Translations under genes and position numbers: made by a program
Assembly: GCA_029624675.1 (NCBI GenBank)
Contig: JARSSP010000044.1
Coordinates: forward strand, 176,897 to 208,896
Direction of reading: 5' to 3'
Length of the DNA stretch: 32,000 bases
DNA from: Candidatus Contendobacter sp.
Lineage (GTDB): Bacteria > Pseudomonadota > Gammaproteobacteria > Competibacterales > Competibacteraceae
Notes under the pieces: generated by a model
Seen by the model: the letters and a program-made list of their open reading frames with translations, nothing else
Databases searched by the model: none
What the model was told of the DNA's origin: nothing
Shown: positions 18,429 to 29,632 of the stretch, piece after piece
Numbering within the stretch: position 1 is the first letter of the stretch
Layout: every line of letters begins with the position of its first letter

Positions 18429-18514
18429 CTAATGTCTTAGTCGCCCGCCAGGGACTCGCGCCCGCGCCACCCCGGCGCGAATCGGCCCACCGCACCGTGA
18501 AGGTTTTGGCATTC

Positions 18515-18760
18515 ATGAAGAAAGACATCCATCCCGCCTACCGCGAAGTCGTATTTCAGGACATCTCCACCGACTTCTCGTTCCTCACCCGATCCACGAT
18601 TTCCACCAAGGAAACCATCCAGTGGACCGACGGCAAGACCTATCCTCTGGTCAAGGTGGAAGTGTCCAGCCACTCGCACCCGTTTTACACCGGCAAGCAA
18701 AAGATCGTGGACACCGCCGGCCGGGTGGATCGCTTCCGCCGCAAGTACGGCCTGTCCTGA
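18515..18760 (+). CDS. rpmE2: 50S ribosomal protein L31, type B (no CxxC zinc ribbon)
   Basis: ORF 18497-18760(+). The ATG at 18515 gives [16 protein letters not shown]...[32 protein letters not shown]. It resembles YkgM-type L31 and has no Cys pairs. Confidence 0.93.
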   Translation: MKKDIHPAYREVVFQDISTDFSFLTRSTISTKETIQWTDGKTYPLVKVEVSSHSHPFYTGKQKIVDTAGRVDRFRRKYGLS

Positions 18761-18782
18761 ACCCGTCCTGGTTCCGTCACCC

Positions 18783-18810
18783 AAAGGCATCGCGCGATGC
18801 CTTTTCTTTT
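18783..18810 (+). terminator. rho-independent terminator of rpmE2
   Basis: A perfect 22-nt palindrome AAAGGCATCGCGCGATGCCTTT (18783-18804) is followed by TCTTTT. Confidence 0.85.
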
Positions 18811-18970
18811 GCCTCCGTTTCAGCCACGCGAATTTTGCGGCAACACGGCGTCCTGGGTTAGGATTACCTTGCTTCGGCTAAGGGATGGAATGTCGCTGAG
18901 ACAATGAAAAAACATCACAGCGGTTCGCCCACTGGTTTTTGACTCGTCGACCCATGTTGGAGGCTGTTCA

Positions 18971-20257
18971 ATGACAACAATTACCTTTAAAAATGATGTC
19001 AACGGAAAGGTGGCGCAGATGCCGGTGCTGGAGCCGACCTACGGCGCTCCAGTGGTGGATATCGGCAAACTGGCCAAGGAGTTTGGCTATTTCACCTACG
19101 ACCCCGGTTTCATGTCCACCGCCAGTTGCCAAAGCACGATCACCTATCTGGATGGCGACAAGGGCGAGTTGATGTACCGCGGCTATCCGATCGAGCAATT
19201 GGCCGAGCAGTGCAACTTCCTGGAAGTCTGCTACCTGCTGCTTTACGGAGAATTGCCCAACGCCGAAAAGAAGCAGATCTTCGAGACCAGCATCACCCGC
19301 CATAACCGAATTCGCGAGAATCTTCGCCGCTTTTTTAATGGCTTCAACCACGACGCTCACCCGATGGCGATGATGATGGCCGTCGTCAGTTCGCTGTCGG
19401 CGTTTTTCCACGACCGGCTCAACATTCAGGACTACGAAGACCGCATGGTCACCGCCCGCCGGCTGATCGCCAAAATGCCGACCATCGCCGCCGCCTGCTA
19501 CAAGCACAGCATCGGCGATCCTGCGATTTATCCCCGCGACGACCTGAGCTATACCGGCAACCTGCTGTACATGATGTTCAGTCTCCCCGGCAAGCGCTAC
19601 GAGGTCAATCCCGTGGCCGAGCGGGCGATGGACGTGCTGTTCACCCTGCATGCCGACCACGAGCAGAACGCTTCCACCTCCACCGTGCGGCTGGCCGGTT
19701 CCTCGGGCACCAATCCCTACGCCGCGATCGCGGCGGGCATCGCCACCCTGTGGGGACCAGCGCACGGCGGCGCCAATGAAGCCGTGATCCGGATGCTGGA
19801 CCGGATTGGCGAGGTGTCGAACATCGACCACTTTATCGCCAAGGTCAAGGACAAGAACAGCGGCGTCCGATTGATGGGTTTTGGCCACCGGGTTTACAAG
19901 AGCTTCGATCCTCGCGCCAAGATCATCAAGGAAGTCTGCCATCAGGTGCTGGACAGTTATGGCCACGATCCGCGCCTCGATCTGGCCATGCGCCTGGAGG
20001 AGATCGCCCTGAGCGATCCCTATTTTATCGAGCGCAAGCTGTATCCCAACGTGGATTTCTATTCCGGCATCATCTACAGCACGTTGAAGATCCCGGTCGA
20101 GATGTTCACGGTGATGTTCGCCATTGCCCGTACCGCTGGCTGGATCAGCCACTGGATCGAGATGATCACCGAAAAGGATCAGAAGATCGGGCGGCCGCGG
20201 CAACTTTACGTGGGAGCGTCGCGTCGTGACGTTCCACCGCTGAACGAGCGTAACTAA
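18971..20257 (+). CDS. gltA: type II citrate synthase
   Basis: ORF 18971-20257(+) has [52 protein letters not shown] and GFGHRVYK. Confidence 0.97.
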   Translation: MTTITFKNDVNGKVAQMPVLEPTYGAPVVDIGKLAKEFGYFTYDPGFMSTASCQSTITYLDGDKGELMYRGYPIEQLAEQCNFLEVCYLLLYGELPNAEKKQIFETSITRHNRIRENLRRFFNGFNHDAHPMAMMMAVVSSLSAFFHDRLNIQDYEDRMVTARRLIAKMPTIAAACYKHSIGDPAIYPRDDLSYTGNLLYMMFSLPGKRYEVNPVAERAMDVLFTLHADHEQNASTSTVRLAGSSGTNPYAAIAAGIATLWGPAHGGANEAVIRMLDRIGEVSNIDHFIAKVKDKNSGVRLMGFGHRVYKSFDPRAKIIKEVCHQVLDSYGHDPRLDLAMRLEEIALSDPYFIERKLYPNVDFYSGIIYSTLKIPVEMFTVMFAIARTAGWISHWIEMITEKDQKIGRPRQLYVGASRRDVPPLNERN

Positions 20258-20280
20258 CCGCTGCTGGCGGTCAACAAAAG

Positions 20281-20306
20281 AGGCGATTCATTCGAATCGC
20301 CTTTTT
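20281..20306 (+). terminator. rho-independent terminator of gltA
   Basis: AGGCGATTC-attc-GAATCGCCT followed by TTTT, with AAAAG upstream, so it could act in both directions. Confidence 0.8.
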
Positions 20307-20466
20307 ACTACCTGGGCACATGGACCCAGGCCACGTTTGGTGGGGTTTTCCAGGGTGGATATGAATATCGATGAAATCCTTGCAATGGATTGATCATCAA
20401 GTCATTTGCTCAATCCATTGTTTAATCCATGCCCACGTCTGAGGCACTATCGCTTCAAATCGCTCC

Positions 20467-21924
20467 TTAACTCCGTCGCTTGGTTGCCGTCTTTTGAAGC
20501 TTGGTCAAGGGTTCGGCGCGAACCGCAGCGACCTTGGTGTTCTCCCGTTTCTCCGGCTTGGCGGCCGAGGCGGTTGCTGGCTTGATCATTTGAACGGTCG
20601 GTTTGCCAGGCGCCACGACATTGGACTTGGCGGCCTTGACCGTGCCAGGCGTCGGCTTGGCCATGGCCACGGCAAGCGGCTTGGCCGGCTTGACCGCCAC
20701 CACCGGACGAGCCGCCATCGCCGGCTTAGCCGCAGCTAGTGACTTGGTTGGCTTGACCGCCCCCCTTGCCGGCACCGGACGGATCGCCACCGCCTGGACC
20801 GCCTCGGAAGGCTTGGCGACTTTCTGGGCGCGGACGGCGATGACCGGTCTAGCGGGTGGCGCTGCTCCGACAGCGCTAGGTTGCCGATCCGAGGTCAGGG
20901 GTTTGGCTTCCCCTCGCGCCACTGGACGAACCAGCGTCGCGCGCGTCATGGCCAGAGTGGGGCCTCCAGGTTCGTTCTCTTCCTCGTCCAGTTGACGCTG
21001 AACCAGAACTGGCGGCGGTTCCGGTGTTGGGGGTGGCGGCGCCAAGCCATAGTGGGCAAAACCATAATTGAGTAGCGTGCGGGCATCACGCCACAACGCC
21101 CCAGGAGTAGGGCTGTTGAGAATGGCCACGATCAAGCGGACTCCACCGCGATCCACCTCACCGACAAAGCAACGTCGGGCCTTGAGGGTAAACCCGGTTT
21201 TGCCGCCGAGCGTTCCCTCATAGGAACCCAGAAGGCGGTTATGATTAACCACTGGAACCATGCGCCAGTCGCCGTATGGACCCTGGCTGGATTCGATCCG
21301 CAAGGCCGCGTTACGGGTACGCACGATATCCGCGAACATCGGATGGTTCATCGCCTGGCGAAAAATCAGCGCCAGATCGTAGGCGGTCGCGTAATGGTCG
21401 TCGTTCGGCAAGCCATGCGGATTCATGAAGTGGCTGTTGCGCGCGCCAATCTGCCAAGCTTTGGCATTCATTAATTCAGCGAACCCGAAAACGGAACCGC
21501 CGGCGGCTTCGGCCAGAGTTTCGGCGGCGTCATTGCCTGATTTCAGCATTAACCCGTACAACAGATCCTGGATCAGGGCGGCTTCGCCGGCCCGCAGTCC
21601 GACACGGCTCGGCGGCGCGCTGGCCGCTTGCGGGCTGACCACTACCCGGGCATTGGGGTCAAGGCGTTCCAACGCCACCAGCGCGGTAAGCACCTTGGTG
21701 GTGCTGGCGGGCGGCAAGCGCAAATGGGGCTCCTTGGCGAACAAGACTTCGCCCGTGGCCGGGTTCATCAACACCGCCGACAGGGCCGCAACCTCGGGTT
21801 GCGAGGAATTCCCCCACCCCTCCTGTCCCAGCGCGGGTCCCACCACGATTCCCAGAATTAGGGCCAATGCCCTTGAGGGGACGTTCCTTTTGGGAAGCAT
21901 ATTGAAAAAAAATTTCAAAAACAT
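20467..21924 (-). CDS. serine-type D-Ala-D-Ala carboxypeptidase (S11, PBP5/6-like catalytic domain) with a long basic Ala/Lys/Pro-rich C-terminal tail
   Basis: ORF 20467-21924(-) has a signal peptide and the motifs ASTTKVLTAL (SxxK), KSGNDAAETLA (SxN) and GKTGFT (KTG). After about 295 aa the sequence becomes PPPPTPEPPP followed by repeated (A/V)KP units through to the C-terminus. The start may be the second Met, at 21900. Confidence 0.88.
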   Translation of the reverse strand: MFLKFFFNMLPKRNVPSRALALILGIVVGPALGQEGWGNSSQPEVAALSAVLMNPATGEVLFAKEPHLRLPPASTTKVLTALVALERLDPNARVVVSPQAASAPPSRVGLRAGEAALIQDLLYGLMLKSGNDAAETLAEAAGGSVFGFAELMNAKAWQIGARNSHFMNPHGLPNDDHYATAYDLALIFRQAMNHPMFADIVRTRNAALRIESSQGPYGDWRMVPVVNHNRLLGSYEGTLGGKTGFTLKARRCFVGEVDRGGVRLIVAILNSPTPGALWRDARTLLNYGFAHYGLAPPPPTPEPPPVLVQRQLDEEENEPGGPTLAMTRATLVRPVARGEAKPLTSDRQPSAVGAAPPARPVIAVRAQKVAKPSEAVQAVAIRPVPARGAVKPTKSLAAAKPAMAARPVVAVKPAKPLAVAMAKPTPGTVKAAKSNVVAPGKPTVQMIKPATASAAKPEKRENTKVAAVRAEPLTKLQKTATKRRS

Positions 21925-22137
21925 TTAGTTGACCTCATCACCATCTTCAGTTCGGATTAGGTTGCCCAAGGTATGCGGCGATAGCAACCTAGTTGCCGGG
22001 TTCGCGCCGAAAGCGTGTTCTTCTATTTTGGGTGAAAATACGCCAACCGGCTAGGGCGCGGCGCGCAAGAAATTCATCGGCTCCTCACGGCCAAGCCAAC
22101 ATGCCGCGATCGATGCCTGACAACCCCCGACGATTAT

Positions 22138-22893
22138 TCAGTCCATCCGGTCACGTCGGGCGAACAGAATATCTCGGATCGCATACCCCAACCGCCAACC
22201 ACGCTGTTCAAATCGAGTCAGAGGCCGATACACGGGGCGCGGCGCGAAGCCATTTCCCGCAGCTCGGTTGACCAGTTCCGGAGTCGCTTTCAGCAGGTTG
22301 AGAATCGAATGGGCATAGTCCTCGCAATCCGTGGCGATATGCAATTGTCCACCTGGCTTGAGTTTATGAACCAGCAGAGTGACGAAATAACTTTGAATCA
22401 ACCGTCGTTTGTGGTGCCGTACCTTCGGCCAAGGATCGGGAAAGAAAATCTGCGCGCGGTCCAGGCATTCGTCCGGCGTTTGTCGTTCCAACACGTCCAC
22501 GGCATCCGCGCACATGACACGAAGGTTGGTCAACGCCAATGCCTCAGCCCGTAAAAATAAATGCCCGATACCGGGGCGATGGACCTCCAGACCTAGGTAA
22601 TTCACCATTGGATCGGCGCTGGCCATGGCTGCTAGTGATTCACCATCGCCAAAACCGATCTCCAGTACCAATGGCGCGCGGCGCTCGAAAAGCGTCGTTG
22701 AATCCAGTGGCGCGACGCTGGCGTCGACGCCAAACCGTCCCCACAACGTCGCCAGTGCCCGGCGCTGAGCGTGGGTCATGCGACCTTCGCGGCGAACAAA
22801 GCTGCGAATTCGAGATTCCGACTGGAAGGCAAGCTCCGAAGTATCCGATCCGGATCGAGTTTTTGGGAGGGGTTGCATGTTCGTTGCGTTCAT
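22138..22893 (-). CDS. trmB: tRNA (guanine46-N7)-methyltransferase
   Basis: ORF 22138-22893(-) has SFVRREGRMT.AQ, LEIGFG.GESL, LGLEVH.PG and FFPDPWPK.RHHKRRL. Confidence 0.93.
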   Translation of the reverse strand: MNATNMQPLPKTRSGSDTSELAFQSESRIRSFVRREGRMTHAQRRALATLWGRFGVDASVAPLDSTTLFERRAPLVLEIGFGDGESLAAMASADPMVNYLGLEVHRPGIGHLFLRAEALALTNLRVMCADAVDVLERQTPDECLDRAQIFFPDPWPKVRHHKRRLIQSYFVTLLVHKLKPGGQLHIATDCEDYAHSILNLLKATPELVNRAAGNGFAPRPVYRPLTRFEQRGWRLGYAIRDILFARRDRMD

Positions 22894-23079
22894 GGCATTG
22901 CACGATTACTGCGGTAAGTTCATATCCGAAGAGACTCGAAAGGCTGGATTTTCGGGATAATCCAGTCCAATCAGCCTGGCTTCATGAAAAGAATTGCGGA
23001 AATAGAAAAATATTCTACAATAGCCCCTTGACTCAAGGCGTGGACTTCCCATAACTCACAAAATGATGGTGCACAGACC

Positions 23080-23391
23080 ATGAATGATGATGATCTGATC
23101 GAATCCTTGTCCATCGAGCAACTCAAGGCGCTCATCGAAAAAGCCCAGAATTCCATCGAGCAAAAGAAAGCTAGTGAAATCGAGGCTATTCGGGAACGAA
23201 TGGTCGAAATGGCCAAACGGGTCGATATGGCGCCGGAAGAGGTTCTAAACTATTCTAGCCGCAAACGGAGACCCGGCAAACCAAAATATCGCAATCCCAA
23301 CGATCCGGAAAAAACCTGGACGGGTCGCGGTAAACCGCCACGCTGGTTGAAAGAAATGGCGGATCCCGAGAGTTGCCGGATCCCGGAGTGA
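23080..23391 (+). CDS. H-NS family nucleoid-associated protein
   Basis: ORF 23080-23391(+). It has an N-terminal coiled coil (LSIEQLKALIEKAQNSIEQKK) and the C-terminal DNA-binding motif KYRNPNDPEKTWTGRGKPPRWL. The gene and its upstream region are visibly less GC-rich than their neighbours. Confidence 0.88.
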   Translation: MNDDDLIESLSIEQLKALIEKAQNSIEQKKASEIEAIRERMVEMAKRVDMAPEEVLNYSSRKRRPGKPKYRNPNDPEKTWTGRGKPPRWLKEMADPESCRIPE

Positions 23392-23439
23392 CCTTGGTCC
23401 TCACTTGGGCGAGGTTACCAAGGCGCGTAACCTTCAGCC

Positions 23440-23468
23440 TTGCAGCGGCTTCGCTTTATCGCTAACAT
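23440..23468 (+). promoter_or_regulatory. candidate sigma70 promoter for tRNA-Gly
   Basis: TTGCAG-17 nt-TAACAT, about 50 nt upstream of the mature tRNA 5' end. Identified by eye only. Confidence 0.4.
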
Positions 23469-23521
23469 CCCGGCTCCGCCAGTTCGCTGCGGTTCAAGCA
23501 ATGGTGCGCGGGATTTTGCGC

Positions 23522-23595
23522 GCGGGTGTAGTTCAATGGTAGAACCTCAGCTTCCCAAGCTGATGGCGTGGGTTCGATTCCCATCACCCGCTCCA
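23522..23595 (+). tRNA. tRNA-Gly (anticodon CCC), CCA encoded
   Basis: Manual cloverleaf: acceptor GCGGGTG/CACCCGC, D stem GTTC/GAAC, anticodon stem TCAGC/GCTGA with loop TTCCCAA, T arm GTGGG-TTCGATT-CCCAT, discriminator T, then CCA. Confidence 0.95.
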
Positions 23596-23600
23596 AAACA

Positions 23601-24510
<910 letters not shown>

Positions 24511-24558
24511 ACAAACCGGTCGGTGATGGCCCGGTACCTGGAGCAGGGCGGCGCGATT

Positions 24559-24663
24559 TGCTAGACTCCGCGCCAGTCTGGGTCTGTTTTTTTGCACTGC
24601 GTCATGAGAGCGGCTTCCGTGCCGCTCTTTCCTTGCGCGTGCCGATTTTGGAGGCTTGCTTGA
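24559..24663 (+). promoter_or_regulatory. carA leader: candidate extended -10 promoter, T7 run, hairpin with U-rich tail, and 19-codon uORF
   Basis: TGcTAGACT at 24559-24567, TTTTTTT at 24587-24593, and hairpin AGAGCGGC-ttccgt-GCCGCTCT at 24607-24628 followed by TTCCTT. An ATG at 24604 opens [19 protein letters not shown], which stops at the TGA at 24661-24663, overlapping the carA TTG start at 24660. Confidence 0.35.
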
Positions 24664-25802
24664 GGAAACCCGCGCTTCTGGCCCTAGAGGATGGCAGTTT
24701 GTTCTGGGGCGAATCCATCGGCGCCGATGGCCACGCCCAGGGCGAAGTCGTTTTCAACACCTCGATCACCGGCTATCAGGAGATCCTGACCGATCCTTCC
24801 TATTGCCGCCAGATCGTCACGCTGACCTATCCCCATATTGGCAACGTCGGCGCCAATCGAGGTGACGAGGAAGCGACCCGCGTCCACGCCAGCGGCTTGG
24901 TGGTTCGGGACTGCCCGCCCATCGCCAGCAACTGGCGTAGCCAGCAACCGCTGGATCATTACCTGCGCGAGCGGGGCGTCATCGCCCTCGCTGGCATCGA
25001 TACCCGCCGGCTGACCCGGTTGCTACGGGAGAAGGGCGCGCAGAACGGCTGCCTGATGGCCGGCGATCATCCCGACGCGGAGCGGGCCTTGACGCTGGCC
25101 CGCGAATTTCCAGGCTTGAAAGGCATGGATCTCGCGCGGGTGGTCAGCGTGTCCGCCCCCTACGCTTGGAGCGAAGGAACCTGGCAACTGGTCAACAACG
25201 GCTTTCCGACGGTGGGCGACGCCCGTTACCATGTGGTTGCCTACGATTATGGGATCAAGCGCAATATTCTGCGGATGCTGGCCAGTCGTGGTTGTCGACT
25301 GACCGTGATTCCGGCGCAAACGCCTGCCCATGAGGTTATGGCCTTGCGGCCGGATGGCGTCTTCCTGTCCAACGGTCCCGGCGATCCCGAGCCCTGCGAT
25401 TACGCCATCTTCGCCATCAGCGAACTACTGGAGATCGGCGTGCCGATTTTCGGCATCTGCCTCGGCCACCAGTTACTCGGTTTGGCCAGCGGGGCGCGCA
25501 CCGTCAAAATGAAGTTCGGCCATCACGGCGGCAACCATCCGGTGCTGGATCTGGATAGCGGGCGGGTGATGATCAGTAGCCAGAATCACGGCTTCGCGGT
25601 GGATGAAGCCACCTTGCCGACCAACTTGCGTCCCACGCACCGCTCGCTGTTCGACGGCTCGCTGCAAGGCATCGCTCGCACCGACCGGCCGGCTTTCAGT
25701 TTCCAGGGACATCCCGAAGCCAGCCCCGGCCCCCACGACGTGGCGCCGCTGTTCGACCGGTTCATCGCGCTATTGGAAGCTCGCGTCGCCGCGCGTCGCT
25801 GA
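24660..25802 (+). CDS. carA: carbamoyl-phosphate synthase small (glutaminase) subunit
   Basis: ORF 24558-25802(+). The 34-aa N-terminal extension is not CarA-like. A TTG at 24660 lies 5 nt after GGAGG and gives (M)[23 protein letters not shown], the canonical CarA start. It has the class-I GATase ICLGHQLL motif. Confidence 0.93.
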   Translation: MRKPALLALEDGSLFWGESIGADGHAQGEVVFNTSITGYQEILTDPSYCRQIVTLTYPHIGNVGANRGDEEATRVHASGLVVRDCPPIASNWRSQQPLDHYLRERGVIALAGIDTRRLTRLLREKGAQNGCLMAGDHPDAERALTLAREFPGLKGMDLARVVSVSAPYAWSEGTWQLVNNGFPTVGDARYHVVAYDYGIKRNILRMLASRGCRLTVIPAQTPAHEVMALRPDGVFLSNGPGDPEPCDYAIFAISELLEIGVPIFGICLGHQLLGLASGARTVKMKFGHHGGNHPVLDLDSGRVMISSQNHGFAVDEATLPTNLRPTHRSLFDGSLQGIARTDRPAFSFQGHPEASPGPHDVAPLFDRFIALLEARVAARR

Positions 25803-25844
25803 AATCGTTCGCTTCGCCGCTGCGGATTTTCTCCAGGTAAAGTC

Positions 25845-28800
25845 ATGCCCAAGCGTACTGATTTACACAGCATCCTCATCATCGGCGCCGGTCCCATCGT
25901 GATCGGTCAAGCCTGTGAGTTCGATTATTCCGGCGCGCAAGCCTGCAAGGCGTTGCGGGAGGAGGATTACCGGGTCATCCTGGTGAACTCGAACCCGGCC
26001 ACGATCATGACTGATCCCAACATGGCCGATGCCGTCTACATCGAGCCGATCCACTGGCGGACGGTCGCCCACATCATTGCCCGCGAACGTCCCGACGCCC
26101 TGCTGCCCACCATGGGTGGGCAGACCGCATTGAACTGCGCGTTGGACTTGGTTCGGCATGGCGTGCTGGAGCAGTATGGAGTGGAAATGATCGGCGCCTC
26201 GCCCGACGCCATCGACATGGCCGAGGACCGCGAACGCTTCCGGCGGGCGATGCACGAGATTGGTTTGAAGACCCCGCGCTCGGTGATCGCCCACACCCTG
26301 GAGGAAGCGCTGGCCCAGCATCACGAAATCGGTTTCCCGACCATCATCCGACCTTCCTTCACCCTTGGCGGTAGCGGCGGCGGCATCGCTTACAACCGTG
26401 AGGAGTTGGTGGAAATCCTCGAGCGTGGTCTCGATCTATCCCCGGTTAGCGAAGTGCTGATCGAGGAATCGGTACTGGGCTGGAAAGAATTCGAAATGGA
26501 AGTGGTGCGCGACCGCGCCGACAACTGCATCATCGTTTGCTCCATCGAAAACCTGGATCCGATGGGCGTCCACACCGGCGACTCCATCACCGTCGCCCCA
26601 GCCCAGACCCTCACTGACAAGGAATACCAGATCATGCGCGACGCCTCCCTGGCGGTGTTGCGCAAGATCGGCGTGGACACCGGCGGCTCCAACGTCCAAT
26701 TCGCCATCAACCCCGACGACGGACAGATGGTGATCATCGAGATGAATCCGCGCGTGTCCCGTTCCTCGGCGCTGGCGTCCAAAGCCACCGGATTCCCCAT
26801 CGCCAAGGTCGCGGCCAAATTGGCGGTGGGTTATACCCTCGACGAGTTGCGGAACGAGATCACCGGTGGCCGCACGCCGGTTTCGTTCGAGCCGAGTATC
26901 GACTACGTGGTCACCAAGGTGCCGCGTTTCAACTTCGAAAAGTTCCCGCAGGCCAATCCGCGGTTGACCACCCAGATGAAATCGGTCGGTGAGGTGATGG
27001 CCATCGGCCGCACCTTCCAGGAATCGGTACAGAAGGCGCTGCGGGGCCTGGAAATCGGGACCGATGGTTTCAACGAAATCCTTGATGGAGAGAATCCCGA
27101 TCCCCACCTGATTCTCAAGCACGAATTGGGCATGCCTGGTCCCCGGCGGTTGTGGTTTGTCGCCGAAGCCTTTCGGCTGGGCTATTCGGTTGAGACCCTG
27201 TACGAACTGACTCGAATCGATCCCTGGTTTTTGGCCCAGCTTGAGGAGCTGGTCCGGATCGCCAGCGAGACGCGCGCATTCGGGCCGGCGGCCCTAAGGG
27301 ATCGCCAACGACTGTATTTCCTCAAGCGCAAAGGCTTTTCCGACAGCCGACTGGCGACGCTGGCCGGCGTCGCCGAAACCGAGATCCGCCGGTTGCGCGA
27401 GGAGCTGGACGTGCATCCGGTCTACAAGCGGGTTGATTCCTGCGCCGCCGAATTCGCCACCAGCACCGCCTATCTGTATTCCACTTACGAGGAAGAGTGC
27501 GAGGCTGAGCCCACCGACCGTGCCAAGATCATGGTGCTGGGCGGTGGTCCCAACCGCATCGGTCAGGGGATCGAATTCGACTATTGTTGCGTACACGCCG
27601 CCCTGGCGTTGCGCGAGGATGGCTACGAGACCATCATGGTCAATTGCAACCCGGAAACGGTATCCACTGACTTTGACACCTCGGATCGCCTATATTTTGA
27701 GCCGCTGACTCTGGAGGATGTGTTGGAGATCGTGCGCAAGGAACAACCCGCGGGCGTGATCGTCCAGTTCGGTGGCCAGACGCCGCTGAAGCTGGCCCGG
27801 CCGCTGGAAGCCAACGGCGTGCCGATTGTTGGAACCAGCCCCGACGCCATCGATCGCGCCGAGGATCGCGAACGGTTCCAGCAGATGATCCAGCGGCTCG
27901 GCTTGTTGCAACCGCCCAACCGCACTGCTCGCGAACCGGAAGCGGCGGTCCGGCTGGCCCGGGAAATCGGCTATCCGCTGGTGGTGCGGCCTTCCTACGT
28001 GCTGGGCGGTCGGGCGATGGAAATCGTCCATCAAGAAGAAGATTTACGCCGCTACATGCGGGAAGCCGTTCAGGTGTCCAACGACTCACCGGTGCTGCTA
28101 GACCGCTTTCTTAGCGACGCGGTCGAGGTGGACGTCGACGCGCTCAGCGACGGTCGCGAGGTCATCATCGGGGGCATCATGGAGCACATCGAGGAAGCCG
28201 GCGTCCATTCGGGCGATTCCGCCTGCTCGCTGCCGCCTTATTCCCTCGATCCAGTAATTCAAGCTCGGTTGCGCGAACAGGTGCGCGCGATGGCCCTGGA
28301 ATTGGGTGTGGTCGGGCTGATGAACACGCAGTTCGCCATCCAGGGCGAGGACATTTACGTGTTGGAGGTCAACCCTCGCGCGTCTCGAACGGTGCCCTAC
28401 GTCTCCAAGGCCACGGGCCGGCCGCTAGCCAAAATCGCCGCCCGTTGCATGGTCGGGCGGTCACTGACCGCTCAAGGTATATCCGGCGAGATAATTCCCG
28501 CCTATTACTCGGTCAAGGAGGCGGTCTTCCCCTTCGCCAAGTTCCCCGGCGTGGATCCTCTGTTGGGGCCGGAGATGAAATCCACCGGCGAAGTGATGGG
28601 GGTTGGGCGCAGTTTCGGCGAAGCCTTCGCCAAGGCCCAACTCGGCGCCGGCGATCAGTTGCCGCGCGGCGGCCGAGCTTTCCTCAGTGTGCGCGACGCC
28701 GACAAGGCGAAACTGGTGGAAATCGCCCGCGACCTGGAACGGCTCGGGTTCAGCCTGATGGCTACCAAGGGTACGGCGGCGACCTTGCGCGTCCACGGCC

Positions 28801-29069
28801 TCGATTGCGAAACGGTCCACAAGGTCGGCGAGGGCCGACCCCACATCGTCGACCTGATCAAGAACGATCAGATCGCCCTCATCGTCAACACCACCGAAGG
28901 CAAGCAAGCCATCGCGGATTCCTTCTCGATCCGCCGCGAAGCGCTGATGCACAAAGTCAGTTACACCACCACGCTCGCCGCCGCGCGGGCGACCTGCCAG
29001 GCTCTGCGCGAACTTGACAACGCCACCGTGAACTGCTTGCAAGATTTGCACCGGGAATTGCACGCATGA
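25845..29069 (+). CDS. carB: carbamoyl-phosphate synthase large subunit
   Basis: ORF 25845-29069(+), 1074 aa, [39 protein letters not shown], with duplicated ATP-grasp halves and an MGS-like C-terminus. Confidence 0.98.
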   Translation: MPKRTDLHSILIIGAGPIVIGQACEFDYSGAQACKALREEDYRVILVNSNPATIMTDPNMADAVYIEPIHWRTVAHIIARERPDALLPTMGGQTALNCALDLVRHGVLEQYGVEMIGASPDAIDMAEDRERFRRAMHEIGLKTPRSVIAHTLEEALAQHHEIGFPTIIRPSFTLGGSGGGIAYNREELVEILERGLDLSPVSEVLIEESVLGWKEFEMEVVRDRADNCIIVCSIENLDPMGVHTGDSITVAPAQTLTDKEYQIMRDASLAVLRKIGVDTGGSNVQFAINPDDGQMVIIEMNPRVSRSSALASKATGFPIAKVAAKLAVGYTLDELRNEITGGRTPVSFEPSIDYVVTKVPRFNFEKFPQANPRLTTQMKSVGEVMAIGRTFQESVQKALRGLEIGTDGFNEILDGENPDPHLILKHELGMPGPRRLWFVAEAFRLGYSVETLYELTRIDPWFLAQLEELVRIASETRAFGPAALRDRQRLYFLKRKGFSDSRLATLAGVAETEIRRLREELDVHPVYKRVDSCAAEFATSTAYLYSTYEEECEAEPTDRAKIMVLGGGPNRIGQGIEFDYCCVHAALALREDGYETIMVNCNPETVSTDFDTSDRLYFEPLTLEDVLEIVRKEQPAGVIVQFGGQTPLKLARPLEANGVPIVGTSPDAIDRAEDRERFQQMIQRLGLLQPPNRTAREPEAAVRLAREIGYPLVVRPSYVLGGRAMEIVHQEEDLRRYMREAVQVSNDSPVLLDRFLSDAVEVDVDALSDGREVIIGGIMEHIEEAGVHSGDSACSLPPYSLDPVIQARLREQVRAMALELGVVGLMNTQFAIQGEDIYVLEVNPRASRTVPYVSKATGRPLAKIAARCMVGRSLTAQGISGEIIPAYYSVKEAVFPFAKFPGVDPLLGPEMKSTGEVMGVGRSFGEAFAKAQLGAGDQLPRGGRAFLSVRDADKAKLVEIARDLERLGFSLMATKGTAATLRVHGLDCETVHKVGEGRPHIVDLIKNDQIALIVNTTEGKQAIADSFSIRREALMHKVSYTTTLAAARATCQALRELDNATVNCLQDLHRELHA

Positions 29070-29545
29070 CTCAGAAAGTACCGATGACTGTCACCGGCGC
29101 TGCTCGACTGCGCGCCGAACTTCAGGAACTCAAGACGGTGGCGCGGCCACGGATCATCGCCGCCATCGCTGAGGCTCGCGCCCATGGCGACCTGAAGGAA
29201 AACGCCGAATACCACGCCGCGCGCGAGCAACAAAGCTTCACCGAAGGTCGGATCGCCGAAATCGAGTCGAAGTTGGCTCGCGCCCAAATCATCGACGTGA
29301 CGACCTTGCCACCCTCGGACCGGGTGATATTCGGCGCCACGGTGCTGCTGCGCGAAGTGGAGAGCGAGGAGGAGCGGCGCTATCAGATCGTTGGCGAGGA
29401 CGAGTCCGATCTGAGGGAGGGTAAGATTTCGCTCAAATCCCCGATCGCCCGGGCGCTGATCGGCAAATCCACCGACGATGTCGTCGATGTCCAGACTCCG
29501 GGCGGCACCAAAACCTACGAGATCGTTGCGGTGCAATACCTTTGA
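29066..29545 (+). CDS. greA: transcription elongation factor GreA
   Basis: ORF 29066-29545(+) has [26 protein letters not shown]. Its ATG overlaps the carB stop in ATGA. Confidence 0.95.
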   Translation: MTQKVPMTVTGAARLRAELQELKTVARPRIIAAIAEARAHGDLKENAEYHAAREQQSFTEGRIAEIESKLARAQIIDVTTLPPSDRVIFGATVLLREVESEEERRYQIVGEDESDLREGKISLKSPIARALIGKSTDDVVDVQTPGGTKTYEIVAVQYL

Positions 29546-29632
29546 GCGGCGGGGCAACCGCGCGAGGCTCATGGTGGAGTCTTGCGAAATTCGCCGAACA
29601 GTCGGGGGTAGTTGCAAACGGAAGCGCGCCGC

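Noticed and set aside
18314-18514. Zur box upstream of the type B L31 gene
   Set aside because: I looked for an AT-rich palindrome of the GAAATGTTAT..ATAACATTTC type and found none. The region is GC-rich apart from the -10 element.
18968-20203. 411-aa antisense ORF inside gltA. The same applies to 16991-18262(+) in rimO, 14457-15518(+) and 13044-14006(+) in hslVU, 10423-11493(+) in ubiB, 8176-8976(-) in ctpA, 9467-10399(-), 23755-24597(-) in dapB, 26436-27122(-) in carB, and 30271-31059(-) and 30282-31106(+) in htpG.
   Set aside because: These are typical high-GC shadow ORFs. Their composition is Arg/Gly/Ala/Pro/His-rich, they have no motifs, and each lies entirely within a gene whose product has unmistakable family signatures on the other frame or strand.
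20490-20900. Recurring GGCTTGGC / GGCTTGACCGCC blocks that could be mistaken for a noncoding tandem repeat or CRISPR-like array
   Set aside because: They lie inside a continuous ORF and encode the degenerate AKP repeat tail of the carboxypeptidase. There is no regular repeat-spacer periodicity.
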